DNA from: Trichoplax adhaerens
Taxonomy: Eukaryota > Animalia > Placozoa
DNA length: 64,000 nt
Direction: 5' to 3'
Assembly: GCF_000150275.1 (NCBI RefSeq)
Contig: NW_002060953.1
Span: 1,670,254-1,734,253, forward strand
Shown here piece by piece: positions 1 through 12,000 of this stretch; the stretch's first letter is position 1; the number at the start of each line of letters is the position of its first letter. The position numbers were made by a program, and so were the translations under genes. A model generated the notes under the pieces. That model was not told where the DNA came from. It searched no databases and saw only the letters and a program-made list of their open reading frames with translations.

Positions 1-1281
1 ATCATAGTTGAAGGTCGATCATATCATCATAATAATATTCCAATTACAATTGATAGATTAATTTTATGATAACCCCTATCTTTTAACTTCTGATCTAATA
101 TAAAAAGATAATTATCATGCCATGTAACAGAATTAAAATATTCTCATAAGTACGTTGTTCAGTTAACAGGAAGTGAACCGATTTCATATATAGCAAAAAT
201 TTAAAAGAAGGGGTACGCTAGGGAGTTCGTCATAGTATACGTGTTACCACCTCAGAAGTATCGTGTAAAATTACGAATTGATTGTGCTATGAGATAGTAC
301 GGTTGCATATGTACTATAGTGACAGTTACCAAGTTAATATTAAATTGTAAGGAAAATAAATACAGAAATTGCTACGATATGCTAATATCGCACAGTATAA
401 TTAATTGTTAAATTTCGAATACTGTATATCTGAAATAGTATATTTTTATAAAATAGTTCTGTAATATCTTAAAATTGGTTTCCATCGTAACAACCCTACC
501 TAACATAATAAAACATATCTAGGCGTAGAATTTTCAATAGCAAAGTAAACAAAATTTTGCTCGTATAAGATCGTAGGATACAGGTTACGTTAAAATAATT
601 TAGAATATCAAAACTCAAAAGAACACGCTAAAACATCCAAGTTTGGCAAGGATTGATGAACTTCATCACTTGCTATAAGAACAAAGACTAGATATTAATA
701 AACATTATTAATTTATCGACGTAATTTTGCGGAAATAAATGCACGTCATAGAGGTGCAAATAAATGTCAACATTGCCATTATGTTCCATTATCCAATCGA
801 ACATCTTTCTACTTAATTGATCCATCCAAGTTCCATCTATTGGACTATCTCTTACAATGTCAGATGGTCGATACCAAATTATTGCGAGACAGACTGATAA
901 CCAAGAAGATTGTTTATTTTCTCATTATGTTATTCTAGTACAATATTGGATAAATAGAGATGAAATAAACCATTATCATTTATTATTTTTTTCCGAAAAT
1001 ATGTTACTCTAGGCTATTGATGCTATGTTAAATTTGGTTGTTTAAGGATTACAAAAGCGGTTGAACATCGGATCAAATCTAATTTTGACAATCCGTATCT
1101 CTCTAGAATTTATACAATTATTTTATTTCAATAAATTGATGGTGTTTCTTCTACTCAAAGTTATATAGATTGAAGATTTATTCTTTAAAACGTTTCTTCA
1201 GTCGTACAAACTGATTTTAAACCAATAAAATACCCAATTACGAACAAATTTTTCGTAACTCAACCTTCTTAAGAACACGAA

Positions 1282-4152
1282 ATGACATCCGCAGCTAGTT
1301 TAATGACCATCTTGTTGTTCATTTTGGCAATTACTAAAGGTTACCTACTTGATGAATCTCCATTATCAAGGCCTCCATCATCACCAACCCCATCATCTTT
1401 ACCTACCACGAGTAATACACCAATTATAAGCAGACAACTAGTCAGAATAGCTATGAAAGGTCAAGTTTCTTTTGGTGGCTTATTTTCAACTCATTCAAGT
1501 TTTGACCGCAATAGTAAGCGTTGCTTGAATATTGACTGGGAACAGTTGGTTAACTTACAAGGCATGATTTATGCTGTGGAGCTAATCAATAATAGCTCAT
1601 CGTTATTACCTAATGTAACGATTGGTTATGATATTCGAAATACTTGTGATAATCCTGATGTGGCAATGAAGCAGACATTAGATCTTTTACTTAAATTTCG
1701 TAGAAATGATTTATGCAACTCTCACCGAACCATAAGTAATAATAATCATTCTTTAAATCAACATCCTTTTTTGACTTCTCAGTTGGCGATGGATGACCAG
1801 CTCGTCGGAATTATCGGTGCTAAGAGTAGTAGAACAAGTTCAGATGTTCAAACGATTCTAAAGACGTTTACTATGCCTCAAATAAGTTATGCTGCATCTG
1901 ATACCAAGCTGACCAATCGCCATCGGTTTCCAACATTTTTCAGAACTGTACCGATCGATAACTACTTGGCTAGAATTATTGCCGCAATACTATTACGCTT
2001 GAACTGGAACTTTATATCTATCGTTACCTTGAAATCAGAATACAGCCAATCGATTCATCGAGAGATGATGGAAATAATTAAAAAAAAAAGGACATGTGTT
2101 GATGAAAATTTAGTGATACCGGCGAATCCATTAGAGATAAATAATGCAATATCGAAAATCAAATCGAGTAAAGCACCAGTGGTCGTTTTATTAGTAGAAG
2201 AAAATGCTTTGGCAGATTTATTGCTCAGGTTTCAAAATCGACATGTAACTGGTAAAACATTCCTAACATCATGCGAATGGAATCAGGAAATGTGGAAGTT
2301 AGATCGATATGTCATCGGTGGCATGATGGGCATAACACTTAAACGACGTCCAAGCTTGCAATTTCAACAATATCTTACTGAGGTCTCCATTTGTAACAAT
2401 ATCAATCCTTCACTATTACCCTTTTGGCTTATGTTTCATGGCATTCACAATTTTACCGATGATAATGCGCAGCAAGTATGCCAAGATTATGTAAAGTACA
2501 ATCCAGATAATGATGTTCGAAATCACCTACAACGCTTGTCTTATAACGCAGCTTATGTCATTGATGCAGTTTATGCCTTAGCTCATGCCCTTCATAAGAC
2601 ATTGCAATGTAATCAACACATTTGCCAAAAAACACCTAACGATCCGGAATTTCAATTAGCAAAAGTAATAGAAAATATGTATCGAATATCATTTCAAGGT
2701 ATGACTTCAAAGGATTTCGAATTTAATGAAAATGGCGGTCCACATGACGTTGTTTATAACATCGTCAATTTAAAATGGTCGACAAAGCATCGCGTATTAA
2801 GACCTGTTACTGTAGGTAATTGGACACTTGGTAATGTAGAATTGCTATCAATCAATGAAAGTAAAGCAGGCTTTGGTCCCTATAACAATATATCCCAGTT
2901 ACCTCAGATATGCGCAGCGACTTGTCAGCCCGGAGACTATTTCACCTATATCAGTAGACCGTTGTGCTGTTGGCAATGCCATGCATGTCCTTATAATACC
3001 TACAGTAATAAAACTAATGCTCCGGCTTGTAAGTCCTGTCCTTTAGGAAGTGCTAGCAGTAAAAATCAAACGACGTGTGAACTCATTAAACCCTTTGAAT
3101 TAACTTATTCAAGTATGCAAAATGTAATTATGCTGATTGCTTATAGCATTACAGCCGCAAGCACACTTTTTACATGGGCAGTTATAATCAAATATCGAAA
3201 TACTCCAGTGGTGAAAGCTTCCGATTTTGTTCTATCGCAAATGCTTCTTTTTGGTATTCTTATGTGCTTATCGGTCGCACCTTTATTTGGAGCTCCCATA
3301 AGTATATTTAATTGTACCATAACCCTATTTATATTTTGTATCTCGATAGCTTTTGTCATGTCTATCATATTGGTAAAAACCAATCGCATCTCTGCGATAT
3401 TCAAAACCGGCTTTATCAAGTCTCAAAAATCAAAAATGTTATTAGGAGATCGAGGACCAGCTATTTTGGCCATTTTATTAACCACCATTGAAGTTGTAGT
3501 CTGTGTTGTTGCCAGTATATACGATCCTATCAAGCTTCGAAGACAAGTAATATCAGAACAATTAGTTTATTTGAATTGCCGTTCAAAAACAAGACTTGGT
3601 TACATAGTTGCCGTTGGTTATTTTGCTTTATTATGTCTAACATGCGTCTATTTAGCCTTTAAAACCAGAAAATTACCGGAAAATTTCTGCGAAGCAAAGT
3701 ATATTAATTTCGCATCGATCACTATGCTGTTATCCTTAGCAACTATGACACCAGCCTATTTTGGCACGGTAGGACCCTTTCAAGCAGCTATTTCATCCTT
3801 TGGTATGATTATATTTGGTTCGTGTGTACTATGTTGCATGTTTGGGAAAAAACTCTATATAATTTTACTGCATCCTGAACTAAATACGAAAGAAAATGTC
3901 ATGTTAGATATTGCTGCATATTCCTTCAATTCAGGTAGCAACAATAATACATTACTCTCTCAAAACAGAGTTCATGTAGGAAGTATTGACGCAGATATGG
4001 TCCAGCGGCGATCCTCTGCTATGATAACCCGACCAGCCAGTTTAGATTTATCGTCAGGACATGTTAATGTAGGGTTTTCGGATATCGATAGGCGTAAATC
4101 ACTTCCTGAATCAGTTATTTTAAATATTACTAATAACACTGCGAGAGATTAA
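1282..4152 (+). CDS. Class C GPCR (mGluR/CaSR-like), intronless, 956 aa
   Basis: Signal peptide, Venus flytrap motifs (LLPNVTIGYDIRNTC, PQISYAAS, FFRTVPID), cysteine-rich domain (CCWQCHAC), 7TM with TPVVKAS, KTNRI and FKTRKLPENFCEAKYI. Confidence 0.95.
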   Translation: MTSAASLMTILLFILAITKGYLLDESPLSRPPSSPTPSSLPTTSNTPIISRQLVRIAMKGQVSFGGLFSTHSSFDRNSKRCLNIDWEQLVNLQGMIYAVELINNSSSLLPNVTIGYDIRNTCDNPDVAMKQTLDLLLKFRRNDLCNSHRTISNNNHSLNQHPFLTSQLAMDDQLVGIIGAKSSRTSSDVQTILKTFTMPQISYAASDTKLTNRHRFPTFFRTVPIDNYLARIIAAILLRLNWNFISIVTLKSEYSQSIHREMMEIIKKKRTCVDENLVIPANPLEINNAISKIKSSKAPVVVLLVEENALADLLLRFQNRHVTGKTFLTSCEWNQEMWKLDRYVIGGMMGITLKRRPSLQFQQYLTEVSICNNINPSLLPFWLMFHGIHNFTDDNAQQVCQDYVKYNPDNDVRNHLQRLSYNAAYVIDAVYALAHALHKTLQCNQHICQKTPNDPEFQLAKVIENMYRISFQGMTSKDFEFNENGGPHDVVYNIVNLKWSTKHRVLRPVTVGNWTLGNVELLSINESKAGFGPYNNISQLPQICAATCQPGDYFTYISRPLCCWQCHACPYNTYSNKTNAPACKSCPLGSASSKNQTTCELIKPFELTYSSMQNVIMLIAYSITAASTLFTWAVIIKYRNTPVVKASDFVLSQMLLFGILMCLSVAPLFGAPISIFNCTITLFIFCISIAFVMSIILVKTNRISAIFKTGFIKSQKSKMLLGDRGPAILAILLTTIEVVVCVVASIYDPIKLRRQVISEQLVYLNCRSKTRLGYIVAVGYFALLCLTCVYLAFKTRKLPENFCEAKYINFASITMLLSLATMTPAYFGTVGPFQAAISSFGMIIFGSCVLCCMFGKKLYIILLHPELNTKENVMLDIAAYSFNSGSNNNTLLSQNRVHVGSIDADMVQRRSSAMITRPASLDLSSGHVNVGFSDIDRRKSLPESVILNITNNTARD

Positions 4153-7100
4153 TGTCGCGTTATTAAGGACTAAGGCATGACAGTATTCAACCGTCAACAT
4201 TTATCCAAAGACACATAATAATATACTGATTAAGCGATTTGAATGGTACTTCCATCATCAAAGAAATTCAAGTAGCTCCACGCATTAGAAATGACACATG
4301 TTGAAATTTCGATGCTTTTTGAAAATAACTTAATGCCGAAGCTCTTATCATTTCATAAATTGGAATTTTCCTAGTCTTAAATAACCACCATTTTATTCCT
4401 ATACAAGATGCCAAGTTTGATTTAAACAGTGGAAAATGTTTGGTCTCGTTATCGAATATTATTATACCTGGATTGCTTTTCCATGTCAGCAAATGCAATG
4501 AAATACTGCTTATGTTGTTTTTCATATCTATTTTAGAAATTTTTTACGAGCAGATTCGAAACCAATATCCAGTAAATAGCAGCTGGTGATACAGACGACA
4601 GTTCTACAGTAATAATTATAATCAAACTCACTATTTTTTCAAAATATTTTAGAAGCAATGTATTACTTTCCAGGTTTAATATACAATCGTCATACTTTGT
4701 TTTACGTTTTTACCTGTAATATGATACGGAAATATGTGAGACCGTAACTTTCATGTAACTTTCTACAGATAGAGTTTGAAAACTATTACTGGTGGGTGCT
4801 TATTTGTCGTAATAGGATATGATTTAAAGGATTAAATAAATTTAAATATTAAAAATTAAAATGTAATACATTAATAGTCCCTACCGATGCATTAATATCT
4901 GCGATATTTTTACAGGATAGAAATGCCGATTGTTTGTGGATATGATGGAGGTTGTGTACAAAATAGCCAAATATTCATAAGCCATAATATTTATGTCAAT
5001 ACTTATGAATATAATATTAACTTGCATAAATAAGAAATATATGTAATTGGCCTAGAGATTGTTTATCAAGATAATAAATAGGAAATCGTTTCTTTGAATT
5101 TATCGTATCTATATTCCTACTTTTGCCGCAGTTGATTAAAATGCAGCATATCATTGAGAAAGACTGGCTTAGAAATATCATCGACTTGTTAATTTATAGT
5201 AATTAATAGCTATCAAGAATAATTTTATGATTACGCTTCAGTACTGATAGTTCATCCAAAAGTATAAGTAGATATCATATACACCTCTTGAAATTGTGAA
5301 GCAATTTACTGTCTACACGTTTTCAGCCATGAGATACACTAGAAATGAATAATTTTTCTAGCGAACACTTTTGGTTCTACAAAATTTATGACTATCAGGA
5401 TTTCAAGAAACCAATCTGTAATGATTCCAATGCCATTTGGGGATTCTTGATAACCTTCACATACGCGTAGTTGAGCTGTATATTATGATCTTGCAAATCG
5501 AGTCTGTTTAATCTAAATATTGGCATGATAAAATATAATATTAAATATCGTATACTTACCTGTAGTACCTTATTAGGTTATCGCTAGTGGATCTACGTAT
5601 TGAATTATAATTATCAAGATTAGTTTTAAAATTGGATATGATAACACTATCGACAAAATTTTCTTGAAAGCAAAATCACTGAAATTTAAGGTATGCATAC
5701 ATTTTTAAATAATTTTTCGTACTTTATATTGGAAGCAATGCACCTATACAAGCTATTGCTATTAAACGCAACTGTACTCAAATATTTCATGTTAGTTTAA
5801 TAGAATGAAGCTTGGATAGACTAATTAGCACGGTGAACAATATCAACGAAATAAGTAACGGCTAAAATTTAATTACAAAATTCTTACAAGTTTGTCACGT
5901 TGCAGTCCGTACAAATACAGATGAAATTGCTTTATCATGGATATAATCTAAGGCTGAAGGATTGCCATCTCTAGTATTAAGCGAAAAGGAGACCCAAAAG
6001 ATTTGAAATCAGCTAAAGATATTAATGTATATGTTCTATAGCTATTCTCTTACACCATAGACGATTCAGTCGTAATCTTCAATGATTGTTTGCATATTCA
6101 AAGCACTCAATTTAAACGAATTTTGTCGACAGTTTATGGTCATTTAGCAATTTGCCGAAAATCTTTGGATCAAATATATATGTAATCATAGATTATTCAT
6201 GTTAGCGATAACGATAGCATCTGATTTTTGGTATGCTCTTAGTCAACTGAAGCGAGATCGGCAGCTAAGCTTCCACGTGAATATCTACATTTATTCTGAT
6301 TTCTTACCACCTTATATACTGTACAATACAGTACCTATACTGATCTAGTACGGAACAGAACTAGTGCCGTTAAGCTCTGATAAGGTTGCAATACAACCGA
6401 TATGAATACAATACAAGAAATCATATAATTAGATACAGAGACGCTGGTAAATCCGTAACAATTCACATCCGAATTAGTATATATTTATGTTTATAGCAGA
6501 CATAATTGTTTGAAACAATAGAGTGTTACTATCATAACTACCATTCGTTTTACTTCAGACCATGCTTACCTAATCATGAAAAGTAAAAAGCCATTTGCTA
6601 CTTTAGGATGGATTCTTGCGCTACGGAAACTGATAAAGTATTTCTAATGAAATATGACCTTTGTGTAGAACTTATGTTTACAATGGCTTTGTGTAGACAT
6701 ACGTTAAATGGTTGAATACTGCTTTAATAAATAATCGAAATATACTGTAATATTCAGATTCCAAGGTACCGATATTTTGTAAACACTTCTTCTTTTTTGA
6801 CTTTGGTATGTAATGTTTACATGTCCCAATCATGGCGTCGGCTAAATTTGCTTTACTACTTTCAAAAGAATCAAAAGTTACAAATTGTGTATCTATAAGC
6901 AATATCTTTACTTTATAATTATATTAAGATTGGGGCTTGTTTACGCCAAATCTCGACATAAAGCGTTACCTTATCTTAGTATTGATCAATTCTGAACCAC
7001 TTGCTGCGAATAAATTTCTCTAAGAGAATTAATTGACAAGTTTACAGTTCAAAATTTTTATTAATTGTTTTACATGATTCTTTTATAAAGGCGTTCTTTA

Positions 7101-7998
7101 CTGTATCATTCCCTCTTAATGCAACTTATCAGTCTTAGTAAACGCGTAATTTGTAATGTAAATATAGAAGATGCATTGATAGATAAACAAAAAGTATCAA
7201 CTAGTTTAAAATTTGACATTGACATTTTTACCATATGTTCGCGAATATAATAATACAGGAATAATTATATTACGTCGCCCATCAATTTTCATCATTGGTC
7301 AGGCTCCTAGTGCTCTTATCATTATTGTTGTATTATAGTTTCGCAACGTAGTTGCATATGTCTTAACTACTGATTGCCCCAATAAATTTAGATTCTAAAT
7401 TCTTGTTCAATCTACTGGTAAATTACAAATTGTACTAGTTATAACTTTCAATCGTAATTTTAGCATTTGAAATCACAGACGCAATTATAATTACAGGCTT
7501 AAAAGTCAATTTTAAATCCCAGTTATTTTTGTATCTGAAATGCAATCTATTTAATGCTGAAATATCGTAGCGAATTGAAGGTGATATTAAGTGCAACCTT
7601 TTCTTACTTATATTACTAGCGGTTAAGAAGTTTTTTATTTGCTGTTCGTTACCGTACTAATTCCTTTGTATTTTAAAAGGATTTTATTCTCTTCTTAATC
7701 GTAAATGGACCCTATCACGATTACGATTATCGAGATTTACTAACTGAGGTTACAGAAGATTAAGGCAACAGTCGGACCTTTGTTTTACTTTATTAGTGTT
7801 ATTTCTAGGTCTTTTATTTTATTTTACTTATCTGGAAATAAAGACCAAACCTGCTCTTTATAGAATTGCAAGATTAGATTTAAGCAGTTACCTTTTATAA
7901 AGGCCTCAAGTTTAGTTTTCGGTTCATTGAACCCCAAATCACCACTTATTTATTGTTACGGGCTGTTTGATAACTTTTAATTCTCAATTTGGAATATC

Positions 7999-10797
7999 AT
8001 GGGCATCATAAGAATTTACTTGATATTTATTATGTACGCTTTCCTTCAGAAATCTGTTAATAGCCAAAGGGGATCCCTTTTACTTGAAAATTTAAATTAC
8101 ACCAATCAGACTATGGCATATCTACCAGGACATATTATGATTACCGGCCTATTTTCCGTTCACTACAATTATGATCCTTTCACTAGAAGCTGCCGCTATC
8201 TAAATGAGCAAAGTGTTCAATGGATTCAAGCGATGATTTATTCTATCGATCAAATAAATAACCGTAGCGATATTTTGCCTAATATTACCCTCGGTTACGA
8301 TATTCGAGATACTTGCGATAGTGCTAGTTTAGGTATATTGCAGGCAATTAGTCTTATTCATAATCGAATTCAATATGGAATCCATAATCCTAGTAATACT
8401 ATGCTATGCCAAAGTGCAAATTCATCGAAATTATACCAGCCGCAAGTAGTTGGCATTATTGGTGGTAAAAGAAGTCGTGTTAGCATCCCTGTTGCATCCT
8501 TAGTTGGTAATTTTGATTTGCCTCAAATAAGTTATTCGTCAACATCTCCAGTTTTAGCTGATCGTCGGCGGTATAAAACATTTTATCGTACAGTACCATC
8601 AGATACTTATCAAGTTTCCGCTTTGATCGATATTATTAAACATTTCGATTGGAATTATATATCTATTATTGCTATCGATGATAGTTATGGCCGCCAGGGT
8701 GTTAGCGAAATTAATAAGCAGACAAGGCATAATGAGATTTGTACAGCAGTGGTAGAATACATCAGCGATCCTAGTGATCGATCGACGATCAGCCGAATAC
8801 TGCAACGAATTGAACTATTTCCTAAGGCTAAAGCTATTATCCTATTTACAACTGAATTTGATGCGGTCAATATAATTCAGGAAGCAGAAAAGAGAAATTT
8901 AACGGGTCTTATTTTTATTGGCACCGATGCATGGAGTGATTCGTTAAAATTTACGCGACTTGATCCAAAGGTTATTGGAGGAATGCTAGGTGTATCTTTA
9001 GATGGTAAAAATGATCCCAAATTTGATCAGTATCTACGAAGTCGGGATTTATGCAATAATCGGATTAATCCTTGGTTTATCGAGATGTGGAAGAGTGAAC
9101 TTAGTCACTTAAATCTAGATACGAATGAAATTATGCAGCAATGTAATATTATTACAGAACTACATCAAAACTATACCCATGACTTTTATTATCGAACCTC
9201 CAAAGCGGCATATGTTATGGATGCGGTTAAAGCATTAGCTGTAGCTGTCCATAAAGCTCTCGGTTGCACAAATGATTCTTGTTCAGCTGAAAATTTAAGA
9301 GGAATAGATAAATTTCGCTTATTGGAAGAATTGGTCAATGTTTCATTCCATGGAATTAGTGTTCGAAAATTTCACTTTACTTCAACCGGTGATGGAGTAC
9401 CCAAGTATACGATAGTTAATTTACAGCCAGATAACGTAGACAAAAATCGCATGAAATTTGTTAAAATTGGCACCTGGAGTTTCCGACAACTATCTGAACA
9501 GCCGTCGTTGGAAATTAATGATTCTAAAATTATATGGAACGGCGATCGACCATGGTATGATATTCCTTCTTCCAATTGTTCCAATCATTGCCTGCCAGGA
9601 ACTGTACGAGTGATCAATTCTCGTGAAACATGCTGTTGGCAATGTTTTCCTTGCTCTAATCTATCCATTTCTAATGAAACCAATGCCAAAACATGCCATA
9701 CCTGCTCCAAATTTTATCACCCCAATATCAATCATACGGTATGCAACCCGAATCAGATAGAAAAGATTGAACCACTTTCAACATTGGCTATTTTCATCTA
9801 CTTTGTTGTAGTCATCGCCCTTTTGCTCACATTAATAACATGGGGATTATTCATAAAATATCGCAAAACAGCCATTGTAAAAGCTTCTAATTTTACTGTA
9901 TCCAATTTATTACTCTTTTCTATTTGCTATTGCTCACTGGTACCCATATTATTTTTACTTCCAAAATCAAGATTTACTTGTGAATTAGCGGTCATTGGAT
10001 TTGGAAGCTCATTAACTATAGTTATGCTAACGATTGTCTCCAAAACTAAAACGGTCGCAAAAGTATTTAATGGTGAACTGGGAAATACGAACGGCAAAAA
10101 GAAAACCTATAAATTACTTCAAGCTGTTTTACCAATTTCTATCACTATCGCGCAAATATGCGTTTGCTCTGTTGCCATCCATTTCGATCCGGTTAAGGTC
10201 ACCTTGATAGCAGTAACTCGCAACAGAATTCATTTACAATGTTCTTCAAAATATAAAATTGCTTTCCTATTAGCTTTCGCCTTTATTGCGCTTTCAAATC
10301 TAATTTGCATTTATTTAGCATTTAAAACTCGAAAATTGCCTGAAAATTTTAACGAAGCAAAGTACATCTGTTTCACTGCTTTAATCATGTTTTGTATCGT
10401 AGTTACTTTAATACCTAGTTTCTTTACCACAACAGGGCCTTTGCAAGATGCTATTGCAGCGTTTGGCTGTGCTGCATTCGCACTTGCTGCTTTATTTTGC
10501 ATTTTTGCTAATAAAATTTATGTCATGTTATTTCAACCTGACTTAAATTGCCGTGAACAAGTCATATTAAGTGTTACAAATTACGCCTTTACCAATGTCT
10601 CTCCCAGGTGTACACCGACAGCGACACCAAGAAATAATCGTAAGCGAGATAACTCCAGACTCAATGTTATTGAATCCTCATTTCATAATCCGGATTGCTC
10701 TTCATCGGATGCAGACCGATCAGGTTCAAGCTCAAATCGTTCATCCTTACGCGAAAAGATACATGTTATTAACACTGCTCAATTAACAGAGCGTTAA
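7999..10797 (+). CDS. Class C GPCR (mGluR/CaSR-like), intronless, 932 aa; tandem paralog
   Basis: ILPNITLGYDIRDTC, PQISYSSTS, FYRTVPSD, DDSYG, GTDAW, CCWQCFPC, 7TM with FKTRKLPENFNEAKYI. Confidence 0.95.
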   Translation: MGIIRIYLIFIMYAFLQKSVNSQRGSLLLENLNYTNQTMAYLPGHIMITGLFSVHYNYDPFTRSCRYLNEQSVQWIQAMIYSIDQINNRSDILPNITLGYDIRDTCDSASLGILQAISLIHNRIQYGIHNPSNTMLCQSANSSKLYQPQVVGIIGGKRSRVSIPVASLVGNFDLPQISYSSTSPVLADRRRYKTFYRTVPSDTYQVSALIDIIKHFDWNYISIIAIDDSYGRQGVSEINKQTRHNEICTAVVEYISDPSDRSTISRILQRIELFPKAKAIILFTTEFDAVNIIQEAEKRNLTGLIFIGTDAWSDSLKFTRLDPKVIGGMLGVSLDGKNDPKFDQYLRSRDLCNNRINPWFIEMWKSELSHLNLDTNEIMQQCNIITELHQNYTHDFYYRTSKAAYVMDAVKALAVAVHKALGCTNDSCSAENLRGIDKFRLLEELVNVSFHGISVRKFHFTSTGDGVPKYTIVNLQPDNVDKNRMKFVKIGTWSFRQLSEQPSLEINDSKIIWNGDRPWYDIPSSNCSNHCLPGTVRVINSRETCCWQCFPCSNLSISNETNAKTCHTCSKFYHPNINHTVCNPNQIEKIEPLSTLAIFIYFVVVIALLLTLITWGLFIKYRKTAIVKASNFTVSNLLLFSICYCSLVPILFLLPKSRFTCELAVIGFGSSLTIVMLTIVSKTKTVAKVFNGELGNTNGKKKTYKLLQAVLPISITIAQICVCSVAIHFDPVKVTLIAVTRNRIHLQCSSKYKIAFLLAFAFIALSNLICIYLAFKTRKLPENFNEAKYICFTALIMFCIVVTLIPSFFTTTGPLQDAIAAFGCAAFALAALFCIFANKIYVMLFQPDLNCREQVILSVTNYAFTNVSPRCTPTATPRNNRKRDNSRLNVIESSFHNPDCSSSDADRSGSSSNRSSLREKIHVINTAQLTER

Positions 10798-12000
10798 CTT
10801 TTGCTACTAAAGTATGACCATTATTCGATTAGCATCATCTCGGTACGACTAATCCAGTATAGACACGATTAATTATTGGCAATTTCTTCTTCAAATGAAA
10901 AAAATACCAATATATATAAAGTAAAAATGATATTATCTGGATGATGCCGCAAAATTAAATTATTTTGCATTGAATCTATTTACAGTAATGAAAATGGATA
11001 TTCCAGCTCCGATATATGTAATATAAATATATGTCTACAGAATGTAAATAAGTAATTGTATTGCAAATACTGACGCAATTTATAGGGCTTAGGTGCTCTA
11101 CTACGGGACAGTATGTTGACGTACTTGTTGTAATTGGTAATAATTAACAATTTTATATTAAATATTCAGAATTGTCTCTACAAATTATGTTACTTAAGCT
11201 TACCTATAAACAGTTAATAGTGATCTTGAAAATGTAAAGCTTAATAACCTTAAAACTTCGCCAAATATACCAAAAAATACAAGAAAGTAAATAAAATTTT
11301 ATCCTACACGGGTAACTTTGTTCGCAATACATTTTGTGTAGTATTGCTTTCCACCCATAAGCATAACGTTTGCTGTAACAGAAAATTTTAACCACTTCAA
11401 TGGGCAAATGAACAAACCATATTAATCAAAGAAATGAACATTTGATCAAACAAATATCAACCCCACATGCGACCTTAGCAACTTTATTGCTGATATGATG
11501 TGCGATACCTTCCTCAAGTTAAGACGTTTCAGAATCGAAATTATATTTTCAGCAGTTGGTTTTAGAGCAATTTACCATGATACAGACAAGATGTGCTATG
11601 AGGATCATCCCAGATTGGCAAAATTTTGAAATTATGGAATCTTATCTTCCGTCGAATTACGTACAGAGATCATTTACTAGACAAATGAATTGCATTACAT
11701 ATAAATCCTGAGTGTGTAATCTTCACATTACAGTTTTGTACTTTTAATTCTTCCGTAAGCTAAAAGTCTCGAAATAACACTGGACTAATTTGTACATTTC
11801 CAAGATACAGAAAATATATTTGCGTTTAATCAAATTCAGGATCAGCATATATGCATGGTAAATTAATCGCATAAAAGCAGCTCTAATATTTCATTTACAT
11901 AAACTTAATAAAGAAATTTAATTTTGAAAATAGATATATCTTAAAGATAACATGAAACATTATAATATAAATCAAAATCCCTTTATCATGCAGGAATTAA

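Noticed and set aside
2855-10786. Short ORFs overlapping or antisense to the GPCR genes
   Set aside because: Shadow frames of the long CDSs with no recognisable motifs.
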